NCBI GenBank assembly: GCA_945859975.1
Contig: CAMAPH010000002.1
Location: 96,001 to 160,000, forward strand
DNA length: 64,000 nucleotides
Direction: 5' to 3'
Source: Chthonomonas calidirosea
GTDB lineage: Bacteria > Armatimonadota > Fimbriimonadia > Fimbriimonadales > Fimbriimonadaceae
Numbering within the stretch: position 1 is the stretch's first letter; each line of letters opens with the position of its first letter. The translations under genes were made by a program, and so were the position numbers. The notes beneath the pieces were generated by a model. It saw nothing but the letters and a program-made list of their open reading frames with translations, did no database searches and was not told the origin of the DNA. Shown one piece after another: positions 57,081-64,000 of the stretch.

Positions 57081-57818
57081 TCAGCCACCGTAGAGAAGGG
57101 CCTGGTTCACTCGGTAGGTTTCGTCAAAGCCAACGCGGATCACAATGGTGTCTCCACTCTTTGTAGTGATCACGTCAACTGGTGCGTCGCTGGCGACGGC
57201 TTTGCCTTTGACGAAAAGCACGCGCCGCTTTTGATCTTTGAATGTAAATTCGAGCGTGGCGGTCCCGCCGGTACCCCGGCGGATGACTCCGGCTTTGGCC
57301 TTCTTGATGTCCTTGTACAGGTAATGCTCAAACGGCACCTCGGCAGTGGCGTGGTATGGGGTGCCAGGGACTAGAGCATCTTTCCCGCCGGACAGCGCAG
57401 GCAGCGGCTGACCGGAAATTTTTGCGTTAAACGAGTAGTTCGTCGACTCGCCTCTCCGACCCGCGGCACGATTGATAAAGACACGAACGCGGACTGGCCC
57501 ATCGATTGGCATCATGCAGGTCGCCTTGTTTCCGCTGATGTCGCTGGTAGCCATTGCGGTCTCCGTATTTGGCGCGTAGATAAGGTATCCCGCGCTCAGA
57601 TTCTTTGCAGAGAAATCGAGAGAAAGGGTTTGACCCGCCTTCATTTTGATGAGGTGATCCGCCATTTGACGCCCCACCAACTTGCCCTGAACGGTCTTTG
57701 AGGTCTGCCCAGGACCGAAAGTCAGCGGCATCTGTTTTGGTGCCTGCGCATGCGCGAAGGGCGTGGCACACAGGAACGAAAGCAGAAACGCGGGCGACCA
57801 AACAAGAACTTTTTTCAT
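57081..57818 (-). CDS. secreted protein with a PPC/PliG-like domain
   Basis: Signal peptide; FGPGQTSKTVQG...AGQTL; DALVPGTPYHATA..P. Confidence 0.6.
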   Translation of the reverse strand: MKKVLVWSPAFLLSFLCATPFAHAQAPKQMPLTFGPGQTSKTVQGKLVGRQMADHLIKMKAGQTLSLDFSAKNLSAGYLIYAPNTETAMATSDISGNKATCMMPIDGPVRVRVFINRAAGRRGESTNYSFNAKISGQPLPALSGGKDALVPGTPYHATAEVPFEHYLYKDIKKAKAGVIRRGTGGTATLEFTFKDQKRRVLFVKGKAVASDAPVDVITTKSGDTIVIRVGFDETYRVNQALLYGG

Positions 57819-58032
57819 CTTCAAATTCTCTCGCAGAACGCCGCCCCCGCCGGTTCCGGCTGCGAATCGCAAACCGCCAACTGGGCGATGGCGCACGCTC
57901 AATCTAAGTTATTGGCTGATTCACGCCGGGCCGCACCAGGTTTTTGGGGCTTTCGATTTGCCAAAGTCACGTCGTCCTAGGGCTCCCGAAACTTTGTTTG
58001 AGAAATGAATGCATTGACGATAGACTATTGCT

Positions 58033-59388
58033 ATGCCGCTCGCTTCGACGCTCAGCTTATTGCTCGTGATTGGGGCCTCCAGCGCTTCTGGGCCGATTCA
58101 GGGCCAGAAGGTGCGGACGGCGCAGGACGATTATGCGGCGGCTGGCAAGCTGGTGCGAGGATCAATTGCGGCAACCCTGACTACCTACGACACCGTCGAG
58201 CAGCTACGCGCCTCGATGGAACAGAGTAAGCAAAGCGCGAAAAAAGAAAACGAACTTGGTATTGGCCCTGAAGAGTCAAATCAGTTTATCAAGGAACTTG
58301 AAAGAGCGCTTCGTGCCTTGCCCACTGGACCAAGGCGGCCGACTCGGCTCGACTTCGACCGGGTGATTGCCCAGGAATTCGAACCCACATGGCGCTTGAT
58401 TCTGCAAGGGAATCGAAATCCTAATATGCCTGAGCCACGAAAGGAGGCGAGCCTTGGTCTTGACTTTCCCATAAGCGCAAGTTTCAAATTTCTTGTAAAG
58501 ATTGCCGTCCGAAAGGCTCGCTTTGAACTCGCGATTGGCAACGGCGCGGCGGCGCTGCGAACCTTCCGCGAAACTTTCCAGTTCGCTCAGCGAACCAGAA
58601 ATGAGTCTTACATTGATCGCCTGGTGATGGTGGCTCTAGAAGCGATCATCTTTGCTGAGCTCGAAAAGTCCTTGAGTGCTCTTCCGTCCCAAGGACTTCC
58701 CGAGCTCATACAAGCCATTAATGCCAGCATTTCTGGCCCATCGAAGTTACAAAGCTCAATACTCGGCGAAAAACTCAATAATTTGGCGCTTATTGAAATG
58801 ACGGAGAAGGGATTTGAATCTGACCCGAAAGGGTCTGCGGACTACGATTCAGATTCGGATGATGACGAGGAAAAGGATGAAGACGAACCAAAGTGGCGTG
58901 CATTGTTCCAGAGTCTTGGGAATTCAACTCCCGCCGAGCGCCGAATCTTCTTCCAAAATACTCGCGCTCGATTGGATCAAACCTACGGAGCGTTCGGACG
59001 AATGCTGTCTCAACCGGAGTTCAACTGGAACTTCAAACCGGCATCGACGCCTTCTGAAAGCCACTTAGATTTCTACGTGTATTTCCACACACAGCTTCTT
59101 CCGAGCGTGGCTCGAGCTGATGCCGAGGCGCGAACGCGATGCCGAATCGCTGCAATCACACTGGCGGCGAGGGAGTTTGCTTGGCAGCATGGGCGGTACC
59201 CGACCGAGCTTTCGGAGTTCCTCACCAAAGCCGAAGCTCACGACCCGCTCAACAACAACCCGTTTGAGTATTCGATCGAGCAGGGCAATATCGTCGTCAA
59301 GACCGCCGTCCACCCAATCCTCGGCCAGATCACCCTCCGCAAACTCCCAGCGGACCCGGCGGCAGCGCGGCGTCCGAAGCGGCCTTGA
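58033..59388 (+). CDS. secreted hypothetical helical protein with a pseudopilin-like C-terminus
   Basis: Signal peptide; HGRYPTELSE...DPL....FEY. Confidence 0.6.
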   Translation: MPLASTLSLLLVIGASSASGPIQGQKVRTAQDDYAAAGKLVRGSIAATLTTYDTVEQLRASMEQSKQSAKKENELGIGPEESNQFIKELERALRALPTGPRRPTRLDFDRVIAQEFEPTWRLILQGNRNPNMPEPRKEASLGLDFPISASFKFLVKIAVRKARFELAIGNGAAALRTFRETFQFAQRTRNESYIDRLVMVALEAIIFAELEKSLSALPSQGLPELIQAINASISGPSKLQSSILGEKLNNLALIEMTEKGFESDPKGSADYDSDSDDDEEKDEDEPKWRALFQSLGNSTPAERRIFFQNTRARLDQTYGAFGRMLSQPEFNWNFKPASTPSESHLDFYVYFHTQLLPSVARADAEARTRCRIAAITLAAREFAWQHGRYPTELSEFLTKAEAHDPLNNNPFEYSIEQGNIVVKTAVHPILGQITLRKLPADPAAARRPKRP

Positions 59389-59392
59389 TCCA

Positions 59393-59938
59393 ATGAAACC
59401 AACCCTCCTTCTCAAATGGCTTGCGATCATTCTGGTTGGCGAATCATTGGTTTTGGCGCAAATTGCGTTTGGCGATCAGTTCCTGACGTTCTTCGTCCTG
59501 ATGTTTATCCAACTATTCGCTGGCATGTTTCTGTTCGGCGTCGTGCCTAACCTTGGCCCAGATTCAAAATCTTATCAATATTGGCTAGCTGGCGTTGTTC
59601 TGGTTGTCTGGATAACCTCGTCATTCGCTCCAGCGAGAGAAACCGTTTACTCAGCCGTACGGTTTAACTTTGTAAAGCCACAGCTCCTGCAGGCCGTTTC
59701 GGAAGCGCAGAGAGCAGCGGCCAAATCGGGAACAGTTGGACGATGCGAATTTGAAAGAACGGATGCGCTCCGGCTTTACTGCACCGAGGGGGGAATCATC
59801 GATAACCACTTTGGCTACCTCTACGATCCAACCGGCAAGGTTCTGACTTTGAACGGAACGGTCGAACAATGGTTTGGTGGCCGACTAATTGGCGCCCGCT
59901 CCATTGGCGGCGATTGGTACATGGTTTCCTTCACTTAG
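59393..59938 (+). CDS. hypothetical membrane protein
   Basis: Three TM helices; GIIDNHFGYLYDPTG...GDWY. Confidence 0.6.
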   Translation: MKPTLLLKWLAIILVGESLVLAQIAFGDQFLTFFVLMFIQLFAGMFLFGVVPNLGPDSKSYQYWLAGVVLVVWITSSFAPARETVYSAVRFNFVKPQLLQAVSEAQRAAAKSGTVGRCEFERTDALRLYCTEGGIIDNHFGYLYDPTGKVLTLNGTVEQWFGGRLIGARSIGGDWYMVSFT

Positions 59939-60227
59939 GTCGTTAGGGATCCCAAACTGGTTTCTCTGAGACAAGTTCGCGAAGATTCCCGAGGTCTCTT
60001 GGCGGTGCATACGTGAGGTTGCAGAGCCAAGTGAAATCCTGGACGGATATCACAACTCGACTTTCATGCTGAAGCGCTTGCGTCAATTTCCGATCGGCGG
60101 TTATGGGAATCGAAAGTTCATCTCGAGGTTACATGGCTTTACAAATTTTGCAAGCTGTAACGGCAGTTGTATTTCGAGCTTTTGAACAGTTTCCGAACAA
60201 ACCCGAACCCAGAGGTAAAACCGACGC

Positions 60228-60605
60228 ATGAGCGAAATCGCTTTCAAGGGCGCGTTCCCGATCGGCGACACCGACGTCGCGGCGCTTCCGGTGAAGGAAA
60301 TCGGCCCGGCGGTGGCCTTTTACACCCAGGTCCTAGGGTTCACCCTCGTCGAGAAAACCGCCAAAACTGCGAAGCTAAAGCGCGATGACACCGAAATCGG
60401 TGTTGCCGTTAACGGTGCAGACCCCGAGCAAGCGAGCGTGTACTTTGAGGTCGAGAACCTGGACGCGCTCCGGCAGAAGTTCGTCGATGCCGGATCGAAC
60501 CCGAGCGATTTTCGGATCGACCAACACGGCGGCAGCAAATACCGCGTCTTCTTTGATAAGGAGCCGTACGGAGTTTGTTTCTGTTTCGGCTCGAAGATCG
60601 AATGA
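60228..60605 (+). CDS. VOC/glyoxalase family protein
   Basis: AVAFYTQVLGF, VYFEVENLD, EPYGVCFCF. Confidence 0.85.
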   Translation: MSEIAFKGAFPIGDTDVAALPVKEIGPAVAFYTQVLGFTLVEKTAKTAKLKRDDTEIGVAVNGADPEQASVYFEVENLDALRQKFVDAGSNPSDFRIDQHGGSKYRVFFDKEPYGVCFCFGSKIE

Positions 60606-61918
60606 TCACCGCACTACTTGCGTTCGGACTCAACAGCGTCGCTCTGAAATACGCGCCTGCCCCGGCAGATAACCCGTTGAAAGGGCTCGTTCCGTATCAG
60701 CGGCCGGTTGGCGAGTTCCCGCACAGCATGGAGTTCAATTACATTGGGCTCAACAAGCTGGTGGTCGGCAAGGACAAGTACGACTGGACGAAGTTGGAAG
60801 CCCTCCTGAACGACGTCGCTAAACGCGGAAACCAGACGATCTTCCGCGTGTTCCTGGAGTATCCCGGGCAGCCCAGCGCTATTCCGAGCTACCTGACCGA
60901 CGGCGGCCTCAAGGTGCACCGATACAGCAACACAAACACCGCGCCGCATCCGCCGCAAGAGAGCATTACGCCAAATTACGAAGACCCTGAGCTTCGCCGC
61001 TGCCTGAAAGACTTCATCGCGGCGCTGGGTCGGCGATACGACGGTGATTCGCGAATCGGGTTCATCACGGCCGGCCTTCTCGGCACGTGGGGCGAGTGGC
61101 ACACGTATCCGCGCGAAGACCTTTGGGCGAGCAAGGCGGTGCAGAACGAAGTGTTGGATGCGTACGAGGCGGCCTTCAAAAGCACCCGCATTCTGCTTCG
61201 CTACCCCGCTGGTCCCGCGGAGCCAACAAAGGCTCCCACGGTCGGAAGAAGGTTCGGCTATCACGACGATAGCTTCGCTTGGGGCACGCTGGATACGCCG
61301 AGCAGTCGCGATTGGTACTTCGTACCGGCCCTGAAAGCCGCAGGTCCGCTTGCCCTTTCCGCTTGGAAGACGCAGCCCATCGGCGGAGAAATTCGGCCCG
61401 AAGCCTGGGGCAAAGTGTTCGAAGCCGACCCCGGCGATCCCCAGATTCAGGACTTCCGGACCTGCGTGGAAGTCACCCACGCCTCCTGGCTGATGGATAG
61501 CGGGATGTTCAAGGAAACCCAGAGCAAGGAGCGCATCGAGCGGGCCAAGCGTGAAGTGCAGCGAATGGGTTACGAGTTCTATGCTAAATCCGCGACGTGG
61601 TCTGTTGACGCAGGACAACTAAACCTAGCGGTGATTGTTGCCAACCGTGGTGTCGCCCCGTTCTATTACAACTGGCCAGTCGAGTTCGCCGTAGTCAACT
61701 CGGATCGAAAGGTTTTGGCTTCGCGAAAGCACACGTTTCGACTCGTCCAATTGTTGCCAGACAAGCAAACGACTTGGCGAGCGCAGATCAATCTTGGCGC
61801 GGTGACCGAGGGCACGCTCGCAATGCGGATCAAAAATCCTCTGCCAAACGGAAAGCCGCTTCGCTTCGCAAACGAATCGCAAGCCGCCGACGGCTGGCTG
61901 ATTCTAGGCGAACTTTAG
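60602..61918 (+). CDS. DUF4832-domain glycoside hydrolase-like protein
   Basis: NPLKG, YDW..LE, RYDGD.RI, G.WGEWH, MGY, NRGVAPFY..W. Confidence 0.75.
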   Translation: MITALLAFGLNSVALKYAPAPADNPLKGLVPYQRPVGEFPHSMEFNYIGLNKLVVGKDKYDWTKLEALLNDVAKRGNQTIFRVFLEYPGQPSAIPSYLTDGGLKVHRYSNTNTAPHPPQESITPNYEDPELRRCLKDFIAALGRRYDGDSRIGFITAGLLGTWGEWHTYPREDLWASKAVQNEVLDAYEAAFKSTRILLRYPAGPAEPTKAPTVGRRFGYHDDSFAWGTLDTPSSRDWYFVPALKAAGPLALSAWKTQPIGGEIRPEAWGKVFEADPGDPQIQDFRTCVEVTHASWLMDSGMFKETQSKERIERAKREVQRMGYEFYAKSATWSVDAGQLNLAVIVANRGVAPFYYNWPVEFAVVNSDRKVLASRKHTFRLVQLLPDKQTTWRAQINLGAVTEGTLAMRIKNPLPNGKPLRFANESQAADGWLILGEL

Positions 61919-61972
61919 GTCTTAGGCATAAAGATGGATTCTTAACAATTAGAGCGTATAGTGATTGGCACA

Positions 61973-62542
61973 ATGAGACGGTTCGCCCCCCTTGCGCTTG
62001 TTTTGCTTTGCGGCTGCACAGCCATGATGCCCAGCGGACCGGCTGGCCCGAAAAAGTACTTGCCCGATACTGCGGCAGCCGAGCCAATGAAAGCTGGGCA
62101 GAACGCGCTGGCGTTTCTTGAAGGCAGTTGGGTGGAAGAGGACATCACAAAGCCAACTCTGCGCGTTTACACCTTCGAGCCAGGAGGCAATTTCATCTTT
62201 GTCATCGACGGCAAGAAGCTCGGCGGTAAGGCGAGTGTCGGGACCGACACCATCACCCTGGACTATCGCACCATCGATGACCAACCGCTTAGCGTGTTCT
62301 TAGAGAAAGCAAGGAAAGCCGAAGAATCCGGCCGCCAGGGTGCAATCGTCGACGCCATGCTCGTCGACTTTTTGACGAAAGACTTGGATCGCCGACGGGA
62401 ACTGTCGTTTAATGAAGACCTGAAGTCGGTCTTCTTCGGCCGCCCGGCTCCGCCGAGCACGGGGAACGAGGACATGATGGAAGCGCTGAACTCGATGAAG
62501 TCGGCAGGTCCAACTTTAGTGCGGGCCAAAACCGTCGAATAA
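61973..62542 (+). CDS. lipoprotein
   Basis: Lipobox LCG|C. Confidence 0.65.
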   Translation: MRRFAPLALVLLCGCTAMMPSGPAGPKKYLPDTAAAEPMKAGQNALAFLEGSWVEEDITKPTLRVYTFEPGGNFIFVIDGKKLGGKASVGTDTITLDYRTIDDQPLSVFLEKARKAEESGRQGAIVDAMLVDFLTKDLDRRRELSFNEDLKSVFFGRPAPPSTGNEDMMEALNSMKSAGPTLVRAKTVE

Positions 62543-62565
62543 GTAGCACTGTCGGAGATCGCAGA

Positions 62566-63300
62566 ATGAAAAGAAAACCTCAATTCCTCAGGAGACTCAC
62601 ACTCACGGAATGCATCGCAATAGTGATGCTGGGAGTTCTCTTCTTCGTACTCGCGACTCCAGTTGCAGGATCGGGACCGGGAAAAAGGAACCAGTGCCTG
62701 TCAAACATGAAGCAGGTCGGTCTGGCGACTTTGATATACGTTGGGGATCACGACGACCAGTATCCGACGGATGATCCGACCAAGAAGGCAATTACGGGTC
62801 GGCCACCATTTCCTAAGAACAAGCCGGAGCACGATCCGCTCACCACTGGCTGGGTGTCGGCGATCCGACCATACGTTAAGAACACGGCTATTTGGCGTTG
62901 CACCGAGGACCCAAGTAAGCCACCTCTCGACATCGATAATCCAGACCTGGCCAAAGAGTATCCGGTGTCTTACGCCATAAATGGCTGGTCAGAATATCAG
63001 CTGAAGCAAACCGACATCGCACGGCCCGAAAATTGGATTCTTCTTGGCGAAAGAAACAACTCGGTCCTTCCTGCTGCGGGCTCTTACTCGTTTTATTTCT
63101 GGTCCTGGCAGGGCTTACCGATCGTTTGGCCACCGACTGCTAATCCAGACCCAACGCAGTTAGCCGCTCAGGATCTCATCCTTGATCGGCACAACGGAAG
63201 ATCAATCTGGACCTACGGTGATGGTCACGTAAGGGCGGTGAAACTGTCAGAGTTATGGAAGCTAGGCAAGGAAAATGCCTTCTGGCCGACCCGGGACTAG
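62566..63300 (+). CDS. DUF1559/H-X9-DG pilin-like protein with degenerate cleavage motif
   Basis: RRLTLTECIAIV, CLSNMKQVG, SYAIN, RHNG...YGDGHV. Confidence 0.8.
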   Translation: MKRKPQFLRRLTLTECIAIVMLGVLFFVLATPVAGSGPGKRNQCLSNMKQVGLATLIYVGDHDDQYPTDDPTKKAITGRPPFPKNKPEHDPLTTGWVSAIRPYVKNTAIWRCTEDPSKPPLDIDNPDLAKEYPVSYAINGWSEYQLKQTDIARPENWILLGERNNSVLPAAGSYSFYFWSWQGLPIVWPPTANPDPTQLAAQDLILDRHNGRSIWTYGDGHVRAVKLSELWKLGKENAFWPTRD

Positions 63301-63410
63301 TTGACCGACGGATCGCTATTCTTGAAAGGAACCGAGGAAAGTCCAACTTTTATGCCCGCCAAAGCCGTCGACTCATTGCGGCGCGCCGCCACCATCTCCC
63401 GGAGATGACC

Positions 63411-64000
63411 ATGCAGCCCCAAAAAAAGAAGATAACATTCGTCGAAGGATTGGTGGCGGCGTTCTGTGGCATCGTAATTTACGTAGCTCTTTCGCCGTTC
63501 ACGGCACCTCCGTATAGACCCCGGTCGCTATACCTTTCCAACATGAAGCAGGTCGGTATAGCCTTTATTCTTTACCAAGAGGCAAACGACGGTCAATTTC
63601 CGACCGACGACCCCGCAAAGAAGCCGATTGAAGGTACGCCGCCGTTGCCGAGGGACCTTGACGTGATCAGGCCCTACTCCCCGTACTGGCTCACGGCAAT
63701 TCGGCCGTTTCTTAAAGACGAGTCCCTGTTCCGATGTCCGCAAGACACAAGCCGGGCGCCAAAAGACCCGAAGAATGCGAACGCGGTTTTCGAATACAGC
63801 TCCTCCTACGCGATCAACGGCTGGACGGAGTACCAACTAAACATAAGCGACGTCGCGAACCCAGCCGACTGGATTTTCCTGGCAGAGCGAAACAACGTTG
63901 CTAGGCCCCCAGACAAAAGTTGGTCGTTCTATTTCTGGACATGGCAAGGCACGAATCCGCTTGTTTGGCCTCCCACTCTGAGCCCCGATCCGACACCGCA
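63411..64000 (+). CDS. tandem paralogue of the DUF1559-like protein (3' end beyond the window)
   Basis: Hand translation MQPQKKKITFVEGLVAA...LSNMKQVG...FPTDDP...SYAINGWTEYQL...FYFWTWQG; GGAG RBS at 63401. Confidence 0.8.
   Translation, partial: MQPQKKKITFVEGLVAAFCGIVIYVALSPFTAPPYRPRSLYLSNMKQVGIAFILYQEANDGQFPTDDPAKKPIEGTPPLPRDLDVIRPYSPYWLTAIRPFLKDESLFRCPQDTSRAPKDPKNANAVFEYSSSYAINGWTEYQLNISDVANPADWIFLAERNNVARPPDKSWSFYFWTWQGTNPLVWPPTLSPDPTP

Overview
64 kb of bacterial chromosome with moderately high GC. The gene set (many prepilin/DUF1559-like and STN-domain proteins, S8 proteases with NBR1-type Ig domains, GlmL, McsB/ClpC) suggests Armatimonadota, Fimbriimonadaceae-like; this is an inference. 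Housekeeping genes (rplJL with an L10 leader, rpsT, clpC, ndh, trxB, pheS/pheT, nrdR-nrdJ, an N-terminal half of metH) are interspersed with secreted and accessory genes. I saw no rRNA, tRNA, CRISPR array, transposase or integrase. The most unusual locus is 14096-14813 (-): a 149-aa DIP1984-like coiled-coil gene followed by a candidate ~195-nt non-coding RNA. That RNA has its own -10 box, a long closing stem whose G.U pairs work only on the minus strand, three small hairpins, a single-stranded tract of seven 7-nt UYAA repeats, and a downstream terminator, suggesting an undescribed protein-RNA module. Other points: a 42-bp duplication of the ndh 3' end bracketing a ClpC N-domain-only gene, a window-wide TANNNT-6 nt-start (leaderless) architecture, a Pho-box-like triple repeat, an orphan McsB with Ser at the catalytic Cys position, and a desaturase splitting pheS from pheT. 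All family calls come from motif recognition by eye; no database searches were run.
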